Shown here: positions 1 through 10,100 of the stretch, one piece after another
How positions within the stretch are numbered: position 1 is the first letter of the stretch
Layout: each line of letters opens with the position of its first letter
Origin: Candidatus Nomurabacteria bacterium
GTDB taxonomy: Bacteria > Patescibacteriota > WWE3 > UBA101185 > UBA10185
DNA: 37,600 nt
Direction: 5' to 3'
NCBI GenBank assembly: GCA_020631855.1
Contig: JACKGU010000001.1
Coordinates: forward strand, 1-37,600
Made by a program: the position numbers and the translations under genes
The notes under the pieces: generated by a model
The model's input: the letters and a program-made list of their open reading frames with translations, nothing else
Database searches by the model: none
What the model was told of the DNA's origin: nothing

Positions 1-689
1 ACGACTCTCGCCCCGTATTCACAGGAATAATGATGAGTTACTCAGACGGCAAGTTAACTTTAGTTTCGACCGACGGATACAGGTTAAGCGAAAGAATTGT
101 TTCCCTCGAACCGGTTTTAGCAAAAGAGTCACGAGAGTTCAGTGTTGTTATACCTGCGAAAACTCTTGTTGAGGTTGCGAGAACATTCGCTTCCTCAGAA
201 GAGAATATAAAGGTATACGTAGATGAGGACGAAAGTTTATGTATTTTCGAATCCGGAGATACTGTCATATCAACAAGACTCCTCGAAAGCTCTTTTCCTG
301 ACTATAAGGCGGCCATTCCTCAAGCCGGAGTAGTAACCGCAAACTTCGCTTCGTCCGATTTACTTGAGGCGGTTAAGCTCACAAGCGTTTTTGTAAAAGG
401 CGGTTCGTCCGGTGCGCTAAAAATTGCAGTTGATCCGGAAACCTCGTTGTTAAGTGTGTCTTCTGCGGAGGCTGAGTTTGGGCACAATGACACTAGTATT
501 CCGGCTGAGATTCAAGGAGAGTCAATAGAACTATTTTTTAACTTCAAGTATTTATTAGACTTTTTAAATAATATTAAATACGAAAAACTTACACTTGTTG
601 CTACTGGCCCTGACTCTGCCTGTGTTTTGAGGTCTGACGAAGACTCTGAATTCATTTATGTAATGGTTCCTTTGCAGCTAAACAGCTAA
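1..689 (+). CDS. dnaN: DNA polymerase III beta sliding clamp, C-terminal ~229 aa (5' end outside window)
   Basis: Frame is open from base 3 (SRPVFTGIMM..., the clamp R-P-x-F/L-x-G-I motif). It ends ...EFIYVMVPLQL, like the ...MPMRL C-terminus of bacterial DnaN. TAA at 687-689. Confidence 0.85.
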   Translation, partial: DSRPVFTGIMMSYSDGKLTLVSTDGYRLSERIVSLEPVLAKESREFSVVIPAKTLVEVARTFASSEENIKVYVDEDESLCIFESGDTVISTRLLESSFPDYKAAIPQAGVVTANFASSDLLEAVKLTSVFVKGGSSGALKIAVDPETSLLSVSSAEAEFGHNDTSIPAEIQGESIELFFNFKYLLDFLNNIKYEKLTLVATGPDSACVLRSDEDSEFIYVMVPLQLNS

Positions 690-759
690 GTCTCAACGTT
701 TTAAACAAAACTTTAATATTAATAACACATGCAGGCATTTATGGTTGATGTGCAGTTAT

Positions 760-2832
760 TTAAAACTGTGCGGGTGGAGCACTGGGGTCTGGCAGATTCT
801 CGTCTGCCGGCTCATTGTTTATATCAGTTTCGATATTTTCTAGGTTTAATCCTTCGCCCGCTTCACTTTCTTGAATGGGGTTAAGTGTGTTTTCATATTC
901 GGTGGCCGCATCTTTACTAACAAAGCTACTTTGATCGCTCGATGCTTTAAGTTCTACAGATCGGTTCATCTGAGGCATTTGAGTCTTTGTAGTTATTCCC
1001 GCTTCAGCCTCAGCCTCTCTTCTCATTCTCAGAATTTCTTCAGGGTTGGTAGTTATTAAAGCGTTTTCTGCTGTCGAAGCCTTTATTTTTATAGCAACGT
1101 GATTTGCGCCTGCAAAAAATAAACCCTCGCCCTTGTCGGCGGATAAAAGTAGTCTTTTTTCTCCTTCAGAAAGGTAGAAAGTTTCTGCTACTTTATCTAT
1201 GGCTGCCGGGTGTTGTTTTAATAATATTTGAATAGATGAGTTTGTAACGATGGCTCTTCCATACTCTGAATTTAAAAAGTCCTCAACGTCTTGCGATATG
1301 GTTGTCAGTCCAAGGTAGTATTTTCTTGCACGTTTGGCCACTCCATAAATGAACCGCGCGCTGTCCTCATTTTGAAGTAATGACCACGCTTCTTCCACAA
1401 TAAGTATTCTTTTCTTTAAGTCCTTTTTTATCCTTGTCCATACAAAGTCTAAAATTATGTAGTAGGCAATAGGTCTTAGCACGTCTTCAAGATTTCTGGT
1501 TGAGAAAACCGTAAGCTTGCTGTTTAAATTTACAGTCGATTGAGAGTCAAAAATACCTACAAGTGAGCCTTTAATATATTTTTCTAGTCTGTCTGCCATT
1601 CCTCGGGCTTCGGGCTCTGCAGCACCCATCAGGACCTTATAAAGATCTTCCATAATAGGAGGTTCTTTATCTCTTTGTGTTGCGGGGTCAGTCGTTATGC
1701 CTTTAATTCGATACGTTTCCATAAGGGCCCTGTCCAAAAGAGCCTCCTCTATGGGCGACACTGTGCCTAGCATTAGTTTAAATAAAGTGTGCAAAGAAAG
1801 TATTTTTTGACCCAATTCGTTTTCTCCTCCTGTAGAAACTCCTGCCAAGTCAAAAGGGTTTATCTTAGAAGGCGAGCTTGAAGAGAAGCTAATGTAGTTT
1901 CCCCCTACAGCGTCAGAAAGCATTCTGTATTCTTCTTCGGGGTCTATGATCATAACTTCGGCCCCAAATATCATTAATCTTAAAGCTTCAAGTTTTACAA
2001 AATAAGATTTACCTGCGCCTGATTTTGCAAAAACAACGCTGTTAGCATTTTCTAGCGAAAACCTATCAAAGATTACCAAGGACCCGTTGTGTCTGTTTAT
2101 TCCATACATTATGCCTTCGTCGGATGTTAGATCTGAAGATGTGAAAGGAAAGGTTGTGGCTAAGCTTGTAGTATCCATGTTTCTGGTTATCATCAGTTTG
2201 TCTAAGGCAATAGGCACAGTTGACTGAAAAGCCTCTTCCATTTGTAGAGAGGCTGTTTTGGAAATTAGTAGCAATGAGCCTAAAGTGGCCTCAAGTCTTT
2301 TTGTAATGTTATTCAGTTCGTCTAGGCTGTCTGCCGGTATGGTTATATAAAAAGAAAATTGAAAAAATTTTTCTGCCCCTTTTACTAGTTGTTCTTGTAG
2401 TCCTTTAGCGTCTTGTAGAGCTATTTCGACTCCTGGATCGTTAAGCCTGCCTTTTTCCTTGTTAGTCATTACGGTGGCTTCCATTTCAGTTATTTTCCTT
2501 CGAAGATCGTCTAAAACCCCTTTAGATTCAACAGGGTAGTAGAACATAGAGATATCCAAGGAGTGTTCAAAGTTAATTACCGGAGACATCCAGTTGGCTC
2601 CTACAAACCTAGGATATCCTGATACGAAAAGAGTTCTATAGTATTTGTTACCGATTTTTATGCTGCTGAAATCAACCTCTAACGCAGGCGGGGCAATTAT
2701 ATCTTTTACATTTATCATACCGTCTGCTAGCCGTGTTGCGGGGTTCTCTTGGTCTTGTACTTGTTGCACATCTTCCGCCTGAGCTTTATTTTGTTTTTTA
2801 TTCTTTTTTTTGAATAACATTAATTTTGGCAT
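760..2832 (-). CDS. virB4: VirB4/TraC-class type IV secretion ATPase
   Basis: 690-aa ORF with ATG at 2830-2832. Walker A is AKSGAGKSY. Walker B-like ILIVEEAWSLL matches the VirB4 DEAW box, and a TTISQD motif is present. The N-terminus is Lys-rich and there is an acidic/Pro-rich ~90-aa tail. The upstream ORF stops 1 nt before this ATG. Confidence 0.85.
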   Translation of the reverse strand: MPKLMLFKKKNKKQNKAQAEDVQQVQDQENPATRLADGMINVKDIIAPPALEVDFSSIKIGNKYYRTLFVSGYPRFVGANWMSPVINFEHSLDISMFYYPVESKGVLDDLRRKITEMEATVMTNKEKGRLNDPGVEIALQDAKGLQEQLVKGAEKFFQFSFYITIPADSLDELNNITKRLEATLGSLLLISKTASLQMEEAFQSTVPIALDKLMITRNMDTTSLATTFPFTSSDLTSDEGIMYGINRHNGSLVIFDRFSLENANSVVFAKSGAGKSYFVKLEALRLMIFGAEVMIIDPEEEYRMLSDAVGGNYISFSSSSPSKINPFDLAGVSTGGENELGQKILSLHTLFKLMLGTVSPIEEALLDRALMETYRIKGITTDPATQRDKEPPIMEDLYKVLMGAAEPEARGMADRLEKYIKGSLVGIFDSQSTVNLNSKLTVFSTRNLEDVLRPIAYYIILDFVWTRIKKDLKKRILIVEEAWSLLQNEDSARFIYGVAKRARKYYLGLTTISQDVEDFLNSEYGRAIVTNSSIQILLKQHPAAIDKVAETFYLSEGEKRLLLSADKGEGLFFAGANHVAIKIKASTAENALITTNPEEILRMRREAEAEAGITTKTQMPQMNRSVELKASSDQSSFVSKDAATEYENTLNPIQESEAGEGLNLENIETDINNEPADENLPDPSAPPAQF

Positions 2833-2833
2833 A

Positions 2834-3532
2834 TTATTCTTCTATAATAGCAGGATTAACGATCGCTGTTTTATAATCTTCTATGTTTGTTCTTATTCTT
2901 TGTCCGTGTATTGTGCTCGGATTGTAAATATCAAAATAAAGCTCTACCAGCTCTTGGGTTGTCATTACCGTAGCCTTTACTCCTATTCTGTTAAATTCTG
3001 AAATCACATGGGCAACTTTTGGGGTCAGTTCTGTTTTTGCTTTGGTTAGAGCTTTATCTACATTCACAGGGGCTCTTTTTGAATGAAATCCGAAAAGCAC
3101 AAAAAACCACTCAAAAGGATTAGTTCCTTTTTTAAGATCAACTATTCCGCCGGTAGGAATAACAACATAAAATTTTTTATCTAAAACATCGTTTTTTTCG
3201 ATAACTTCTTGTACAAACTGCCTATACTGTATTGCTTGAGATTTAAGTAGAGGATCGGAGACTTTTTCCTCGTTTCTCTCCAAACTTTCGAGATACTTTG
3301 TAATATCCAGCCTTTTTGATCTTATTACTATTTGAATCGGGAAGGAGAAGGAGTTTAATAGCATGGAGAAAGCAGAGATCATCGCATCTTGCTCGATTTC
3401 CGATAGAAGGTCGAAGTTAACAGCGGTTGTTTGTAACACAGAGCATACACTTCCGTTTTTTAAAACCACGAAATCGTCTTTTATTGTCTCTATATCTAAA
3501 TGTTCTTGAGTTGTCGCTTTAATGTCTGACAT
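2834..3532 (-). CDS. T4SS-associated soluble protein resembling a stand-alone VirB4 N-terminal domain (no ATPase motifs)
   Basis: 232-aa ORF, ATG 3530-3532. TAA at 2834-2836 lies 1 nt before the virB4 ATG. No TM segment and no P-loop. By eye, DDFVVLKNGSVCSVLQTTAVNFDLLSEIEQDAMISAFSMLLNSFSFPIQIVIRS follows the pattern of VirB4/TrbE N-terminal domains and of residues ~40-120 of the adjacent VirB4. The CDS is solid; the family call is tentative. Confidence 0.4.
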   Translation of the reverse strand: MSDIKATTQEHLDIETIKDDFVVLKNGSVCSVLQTTAVNFDLLSEIEQDAMISAFSMLLNSFSFPIQIVIRSKRLDITKYLESLERNEEKVSDPLLKSQAIQYRQFVQEVIEKNDVLDKKFYVVIPTGGIVDLKKGTNPFEWFFVLFGFHSKRAPVNVDKALTKAKTELTPKVAHVISEFNRIGVKATVMTTQELVELYFDIYNPSTIHGQRIRTNIEDYKTAIVNPAIIEE

Positions 3533-3550
3533 ATGATGTACTTTTTTTTA

Positions 3551-3568
3551 TTTCGCATTTATGCGAAA
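3551..3568 (-). promoter_or_regulatory. Intercistronic stem-loop (7-bp stem, 4-nt loop) between the PrgI-like gene and the next ORF
   Basis: The + strand reads TTTCGCA-TTTA-TGCGAAA. On the transcribed (-) strand it is followed by an A-run rather than a U-run, so it is not a canonical terminator. Confidence 0.35.
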
Positions 3569-3584
3569 CTCTACCTTTCAATTT

Positions 3585-5549
3585 TTATCTGCCCTTTATC
3601 AGAATAGGTGGTATTATCTTTCCTGCGACCTCTACTTTAATTATATCAAAGCTGAGGTTAGTTCGTTTAGACTTGTCAGTTTCGATAGTATAAGTACCGT
3701 TTAGCAAAGGCGTGGTTATTGCAAACTCTCCAAGAGGGTTTGTTTTTAGTGCTCTTACGGGTTCTTGGGCGTGGTTTTTAATTATCAACACTATATTCTC
3801 TAATGCTCGGTTATTTTGGTCAACCACTTTGCCACTAATTATGTTAGGTATAGTGTTGGAAATCCCGCTTTCAATAAATTCAGGGGTTTCGCCGTGAATC
3901 ACTTTCTCGGTTCTTTCTCTGTCTTCCTCAATAGCTTTTTTAACAAAAGACTTTTCAGTTAGCTCTGTGTATTTTTCCTTAATCTGTGAGTAATTTTTTT
4001 CTGTTGCTTCTTTTTCTTTTTCCAGCTTTTGTATAGTTGTAATTTTTTCTGCTTTATCGTTGTCTCCTTTTGAGTTTGCAATGTCCTGTTTTAGCCTTTC
4101 TATTTGTATGCTCAGCTCCTTATTTTCTCTCTGTAGTTTAGCTAGAAGATTTTTTATATCTTGCCCTATTTGGATTACGGGTTGAGTATTGTCGACGGGC
4201 ATTCCAAAAGGACTTTGTGTTGTTGTGATTATTTCGTCATCCGGACCGAATTGTGCGCTGTACCCTGTATTCGTGCTGGTTGTATTGATAGTGCTTGCGT
4301 TGTTTGCTTCGTGATTACTCGGGAAAGAGCTTTTTTCTTCGAGCGCGGAATGGTTCATTTGTAAGCTGCCTTGGACATTTGATGTTAGGGGTATCTCTTT
4401 TTCTACAGGTTTCGCTGCTACAATATTTTTATATTTTGCATCTCGCTTTATTTGTTCTAAAAGAGCGTTAAGCTGCTTTGTTTTATTTTGCAGTTCTTCA
4501 TCAATTTCCATTTCTTCTGAGGTCCTTAGGGTTTTTTCGCCTTTTATTGGTAACACTATCTCGCCTTTGCTGGGTACTAGGTTTGTAAAGGCTCTGCCCG
4601 AATGTCTGTCGGGCGTGATTGGCGCGGGTTCAAAATACGAGGTGGTGAGAAACTGTGGCTTTTCAGATGGGTTGTATGCGTTGTCAAACTGAGCTTCAGG
4701 AATAAGATGTTTTGGTTCTGCCGTTGCTGCTTGTGTTGTTTGTGAGGCGCCGGCGCCTGCCGGCGCCTGACCCCCACTTCCCTCAATAGTTTTCGGTGCT
4801 GATCCAAAGCTTAAAGACCCCGCGCCTGGGGCCCCGGCTATGTTTCCGGGAACAGCCGCACTGTATTGGTTACTGTCCAGTCTTTTTTCTTCGGACGGAC
4901 TGTGAGATTTTTGAAAACCAGCGTCATCTATTACTTTAGCGTGAGCTGCTGGTGCTATAGGTGCAGTAGCCGCAGTTTGTATGCCCGGCCCCATTCTTTT
5001 TTGAACATTTCCTCCTGGAGTATAGGGGTTGGCCTTTGAAACAGGAGTTCCGGCAAAAGCTGCTGCTACCTTGTTTATATACACATGTTCTTGAAAATCC
5101 AACGGATCGTTGTTTGGGGCCGAGTCTTGGGCGGTAAGAAATTCCTCCAGTTTTCTCCTGCTTGTAGTAGGGGAAAGCGTTATTAGCTCTTGTCTTACAA
5201 CGTTCAAATTTTCAAAAGTAAACGCTGCCGGAATCTCGGGTGTTTTTTTCCAGATTCTCTGGTTTGGTAAATATATAGACTTAATAAAATTTACAACCCA
5301 CTGATCCAGCCCTCTATCTTCAATAGGTAAAAAAGCCAAACTTAGCCCAAACAGTACTAAAAAAAGTATAATAGGCCATTTAAATATAGAGTTTACAAAA
5401 GCGAATACGCCGTAGGCAATTCCGCCTGACAACGCAAGGTACATGAATTGCCTCATCGTTAGGTCACCAATAATCTTAAATTCCACATCCATTATGTTTT
5501 GTGGAAGCGCGTGTTGCTTGTTTGTTGTTTGCGTGTCGTTTAAAGGCAT
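3585..5549 (-). CDS. PrgI/TcpE-like (VirB3-analogue) two-TM protein fused to a long low-complexity, coiled-coil and beta-sandwich tail
   Basis: 654-aa ORF, ATG 5547-5549. The N-terminus DLTMRQFMYLALSGGIAYGVFAFV...WPIILFLVLFGLSLAFLPIEDRGLDQW is a two-TM hairpin located just upstream of VirB4. It is followed by a P/A/G/S-rich stretch and a K/E coiled coil (LQRENKELSIQIERLKQDI). The C-terminus is a carboxypeptidase-regulatory-like pattern (GKVVDQNNRALENIVLIIKN...GEFAITTPLLNGTYTIETDKS). Confidence 0.5.
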   Translation of the reverse strand: MPLNDTQTTNKQHALPQNIMDVEFKIIGDLTMRQFMYLALSGGIAYGVFAFVNSIFKWPIILFLVLFGLSLAFLPIEDRGLDQWVVNFIKSIYLPNQRIWKKTPEIPAAFTFENLNVVRQELITLSPTTSRRKLEEFLTAQDSAPNNDPLDFQEHVYINKVAAAFAGTPVSKANPYTPGGNVQKRMGPGIQTAATAPIAPAAHAKVIDDAGFQKSHSPSEEKRLDSNQYSAAVPGNIAGAPGAGSLSFGSAPKTIEGSGGQAPAGAGASQTTQAATAEPKHLIPEAQFDNAYNPSEKPQFLTTSYFEPAPITPDRHSGRAFTNLVPSKGEIVLPIKGEKTLRTSEEMEIDEELQNKTKQLNALLEQIKRDAKYKNIVAAKPVEKEIPLTSNVQGSLQMNHSALEEKSSFPSNHEANNASTINTTSTNTGYSAQFGPDDEIITTTQSPFGMPVDNTQPVIQIGQDIKNLLAKLQRENKELSIQIERLKQDIANSKGDNDKAEKITTIQKLEKEKEATEKNYSQIKEKYTELTEKSFVKKAIEEDRERTEKVIHGETPEFIESGISNTIPNIISGKVVDQNNRALENIVLIIKNHAQEPVRALKTNPLGEFAITTPLLNGTYTIETDKSKRTNLSFDIIKVEVAGKIIPPILIKGR

Positions 5550-5707
5550 AGTTTATGTGTATTTATTGTATTGTAGGTGTAGCGGAAAAACAAGTTACAC
5601 AGGTTGCGCGGTTGGTGTTTTTACAACAACCTTTTTTGTTTGCAAATTCTGCAAACATTAGAATTTAGAAAAAGTGTTTTGGTGCCTTTGAAAATTGGTA
5701 TATTAAT

Positions 5708-7066
5708 CTACCTCTTCTTATCGTCTCCTGCAACCAATGCCTTTACTTTATCCGGAGCTTTGCGTGCGTAATTATAGCCTACTAGGTATATAATTAGGGT
5801 TAGGGCACCCTTAGTAAAATATGGCATAGGAATAAGGCCCGTGCTGGATGTTCCCATAATAGTTATTGATGCTACCCTAGTTATTGCTATGGTTGCTTGC
5901 CCGGCAAGTATTCCCAGTGCATATCCTGCCATTGTTTTAAACCATCCAACAGTCGCTTTTTCATTTCCAGGAATCGCGCCAAAAACAAAAATAAGAGGGG
6001 CTTTTATAACCTCTATCAACATTTTTATATAGAAAATGAACAGCTTTACTTGCACAATAAGGTATAAGATTACAATCATGATTAATATCGTGAAGAGAAC
6101 AATGAATGCTACCCCTGCGGCTGGGATAAATGCCTGAAATATAAGCATTGCAAGGATAAAGATCTCGAGGCCAAATCCTATGTTGGCAGCAGCCACAACT
6201 CCATTTGCCGTTAAGGTATTTGCGCTTGTTGTTTGCGCTATGTCTCTAATAACCCCAACAACCGAGTATTTGGCAACATAGGCCAGGTTTGCAATTGCTG
6301 CACCTATTGGGTAGCTAAAGTATATTAGAACAATTGCAAGTATTAATCTTGGTAGTGCATATTGAACCGTAACCGCAACTTGTGCGCTAACTTTTTTCCT
6401 ATTTATTATCATAACCCCAACTACTATTGAAACGATGGCGAGTACCCCGAATGCAACGTTTCGTGACATTGCCCAAAACTCGTACACTATATCTAGCCAA
6501 GGCGATGTGTATTGAAGTCCCGTTTGTTGAGCAAATACCGGACTGATCAAAGGTATGCCCTCCGTTTCTCTTTGTATGAAGTATGCCATGTTAACTGGCA
6601 TGGGTTCAGTGTTCGCCTCTTGAAAGGCATTTGCTAATCCAAGGAGGCTTCCTTTGCCTCTAGCATCAAAATCTCCCCCATTGCTTGTGGTTGGTTCAGA
6701 GAAGTTGTTTCCCAAACCTTCGCAGTATGTAGGGTCTTGGGGTTGACAGTCCTCAGCATCCATTTGAAGATCAACCCCTTGAGCTGAGTATTCGCTTAGA
6801 GCGTATCCGCCGCACTGTGTGACCTGGGTAGCGTTTCCGTTAAAAGCTATGCTTGAGGCTCCTGTTAAGCCTGCAGCATACATGCTCCCTACCGTGGGCA
6901 TTCTAATATCTATTGCAGAGCTTTTACCTACGTTTTCAAATGTGTCAAGTTCGGGGTCACAGTTAGCCGCATATATTGACCTTGATGCGACTGTTCCGAA
7001 AAGAACAGTTAAAGTAAGTAAAAAAGAGAGAAGTTTAAAATTTTTTGTGTTTGTAAACTGAGCCAT
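5708..7066 (-). CDS. VirB6/TrbL/ConG-like polytopic membrane protein (putative T4SS channel subunit)
   Basis: ATG at 7064-7066 gives MAQFTNTKNFKLLSFLLTLTVLFGTVASRSIYA, a signal peptide. The ORF-track start at 7087 is a TTG 7 codons upstream. A ~190-aa Cys-containing exported domain is followed by at least 6 hydrophobic helices. The gene sits next to the PrgI-like and VirB4 genes. Confidence 0.5.
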   Translation of the reverse strand: MAQFTNTKNFKLLSFLLTLTVLFGTVASRSIYAANCDPELDTFENVGKSSAIDIRMPTVGSMYAAGLTGASSIAFNGNATQVTQCGGYALSEYSAQGVDLQMDAEDCQPQDPTYCEGLGNNFSEPTTSNGGDFDARGKGSLLGLANAFQEANTEPMPVNMAYFIQRETEGIPLISPVFAQQTGLQYTSPWLDIVYEFWAMSRNVAFGVLAIVSIVVGVMIINRKKVSAQVAVTVQYALPRLILAIVLIYFSYPIGAAIANLAYVAKYSVVGVIRDIAQTTSANTLTANGVVAAANIGFGLEIFILAMLIFQAFIPAAGVAFIVLFTILIMIVILYLIVQVKLFIFYIKMLIEVIKAPLIFVFGAIPGNEKATVGWFKTMAGYALGILAGQATIAITRVASITIMGTSSTGLIPMPYFTKGALTLIIYLVGYNYARKAPDKVKALVAGDDKKR

Positions 7067-7115
7067 AGTGTTAGTAAAATAATACAAGTTTATTTTAAGA
7101 AAAGCAATTTCATTA

Positions 7116-7121
7116 TAGAAT
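7116..7121 (+). promoter_or_regulatory. -10-like hexamer TAGAAT 6 nt upstream of the ATG at 7128 (possible leaderless transcript)
   Basis: The hexamer lies in the 61-bp divergent intergenic region. No SD precedes 7128. ATTATA at 7112-7117 reads TATAAT on the - strand and could serve the VirB6-like operon. Confidence 0.25.
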
Positions 7122-7127
7122 AAACTA

Positions 7128-10100
7128 ATGGCAAGTTCGAACCCATTTTATGTTGGTTATCATCCTGACGACAAACCGACTCAAATAAAACCCAAGAACA
7201 TACTGCAGGGCGCAGATCCCCAAAAAGCACTTGATAGTCTGTTAAATACCGGTTTGCTGGACCAAGCTCTGCAAGACATAGACGTGCCGAGATATGTTAA
7301 GGAAAAAATAAAGAATGATTTCCTCTCCTCTTTAGCGGTGCAGATAAAAGACAGCTCTGTTTCAGCGGCCGATCTTGCTTTACTGCCCCCTGAAGCCCTT
7401 CAAGACATGCAAGGGTCTTTTGGTATAAAAATAAGCCTCAACCCGCTAGATTGGAAAGATGACCCTGTCAAGCAGTTGAAGAAAACACTTAGCAGTTGGG
7501 TAAAGGCTGCCTATGACCCGGACGATTTCCGTACTACTACAATGATGAAGGTCGCTCAGTCTGTTTACGGGAACTCAAAGCCCTATACTAGAACAAGTTC
7601 TGGGGCTTCGAGAAGGTACATAATAAGTGATATCTCCGATAGACTAGCTGATTTGCAGCATAAAATAGATGAGTCTGCAATTTCATCGGCCGCTCTTAGA
7701 GATTCTGCAAGAGCCGGGAGAAATAGAGAAATGCAAGCGGCGGTAGCGGCAGGAGACCCTAACCCGTTAAAAATAGTTGGCTATGTAACGAAAACGGAAC
7801 GGAAGTCAATTACTGTAAAAGACGCCTCAGGCGCAGATGTAACCATAAGTGCTGATAAAGTCTCGGATCCTTACTCGGACGTTGTTCAAAGTTATATCTC
7901 TTTTTTACAAAGCTCTTCTAGCGGAACTTCGAAAAGAGAAGGCGGGATGGATGGTTTGATCTCATCGGGTGTTGGTGCAATATTATCCGAAATTGATGTC
8001 GATATTGAAGGTTTAAGCTTAGCCCCAGGAGTTACAGACTATTCGGATAAAGTAAGGGCTCTGATAGATACAAGATTTGCGGGACAGCCCGCCGCTGTGC
8101 GCGATACTTATGTTTCGCAAATATTATCTCTTCACTCTCAGCAAGAGCTGGCAAAGTCGATGTACGGCTTTAATGAGTTTTTATCTAATGCCAACCCCGC
8201 TAAGAGTTTGGGTATTTCTGCCGCGCTTGACCAGTATATGGCAGTGGGAAGATCGCAGCGGCAGGCTTTGGCAGCAGACCCTGCTTTTATGGCTCGTTTT
8301 ACAAATTATTCTGCCGAGGCTGCAAAGGCCAGAACAGCTCTGGAAAATTTTAAGTTAAGCCCTGAATATCTTCGCGATCCGGATAAATACAAAGGTATAG
8401 TTAAATCCTTCGAGAGAAACTTTAAACAGCTTGACTCACGGGTGGCGCCTTTAGTCACGGCTTTCCAAGCTAACCCTTCTGTTAACTCGGCCCGCGCACT
8501 CGCGACTGCGTCTAAAAGAATCACTGCAGTAGGTCTAACTGCCCCTATTGCCGGAGGAGATCATCTTCAGCGCGCCCCTTTAAGAAAACTTTACAGGCAG
8601 ATGTATGAAGATCACCTAAGGCCGCAAGGTCCGGGTATTATAAATTCCGGCTTACTTCAAAGAAGCCTTGGATTAGGAGTTTTATTTAATGAGGCGGAAA
8701 AAATACGAAACGAGAACTGGGCGGAGGACGTGCTCCAGCTTCTTGAGGGAGGAAAGCTAACCGATACTTTTGTTTGGATGCGTGTAAAAAATACTTTTCC
8801 TTATGTTTTCCCAAGTTATTGGGTAGGAAGAGTTTTAGACAAAGTCCAGTATTTCGGGCTTGTTATTGACGAGAGCTCGATAGAAAAGACTACGACAACC
8901 CTTTTTGGAATTAGGAGATTTTACAAAGATTTGCTTGAGAACTCGGACGGAGGGGGCGTTCTTGGATTTTTATTTGTAAACAAAGTAAAAGTTGAAGCCA
9001 CAGGTTTCTTTGGAGATATAGTAAAACTTAATTTGACCGGAGGTGCCCACATGAACGGCGCCCTAGCCATGTCTAAATGGCTAATCAGCAATGCGGGGTC
9101 GGCAAACATTTCTGACATTGACGACATGGTTAAAGGCATGCTTACCAACTTTAGATTTCATTATCTTGCCGACGGTAGCATTAACATAGCCAACACAAAG
9201 TCCGCACTTACGGACTTTTTATTAAGGGACCCAAAATATAAGAATCTTTTGCCTACTTTATTTAAAGACGGTGCTGATCTTGACGATTTTTTGGGAAAAT
9301 TTATTGTTTTCAAACAATATGTAGATGCAAAGCTCGCTAAGTACCTCGGGATATCGATAGACATGCTAGATCAAGGTCTAGGTCTCGAGTTCGTTGTTTT
9401 TCAAGAGCTGCATAAGTTTAACTTAAGCAATGATACCAGAGGCAAGCTCGCTGTTAAGTTAATGGGGCCGCTTCAGAAAATAGCCTTAAAACTTAACATT
9501 TTACAAACAAACATATTAAACAAATTTCCAATTACCAGACTTATTTTTGGTGGCCAGAACGCTTTACTAGGATTATTGTTGGGTGGAACTTATGCGCTTA
9601 AATCTAATGTAGCCGCCTTCATCAAGAGCGGTCTTGCAAAGCTTTTTGGAAAGTTTGGCGGCGGGGCAGTGTCGGGTTTTTTTGCCTGGCTCGGGCCTTT
9701 AGGGGCCATGCTAGGGAAATTTGCGGATAAGTTACTAACGATTTTAATTAGAAAAGGATTGGATATGTTAGAAGGCCTCACTAAGGCCATTATTCACTTG
9801 GACATATCTTACTTTACAAAATCTTATAGCAAGTTTGTTGATAACACAACTAAAATAATAGTTTACCTTTTAGCTATACCCCTTTTGCTGATGTTTTTAT
9901 TTGCAGCCATGATTAATACTGTATTTAATTCCTCGACTCCTCCAACAAGTCAGGCCGCGGTCGGACAGAGCACTCCTTTAACAGGAGGCTGTTTTGGTTC
10001 TGGCTGCGGTTCAGGAACCGGGAGTACCTATGAGTGTGGTATTTCTAAAACCACTGGTAACACGTGTATTTTTAAAGATGGCAATTACAGTGTTATGAAT

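Noticed and set aside
2804-2811. Whether the A8 tract in codons 8-10 of virB4 (the FKKK codons TTC AAA AAA AAG) is a phase-variation switch.
   Set aside because: The tract is short, Lys-rich AAA runs are common in this AT-rich genome, and there is no evidence of length heterogeneity.
7067-7087. A TTG-initiated 7-codon extension of the VirB6-like ORF.
   Set aside because: The ATG at 7066 starts a textbook signal peptide. The extension would leave only 40 bp for two divergent promoters.
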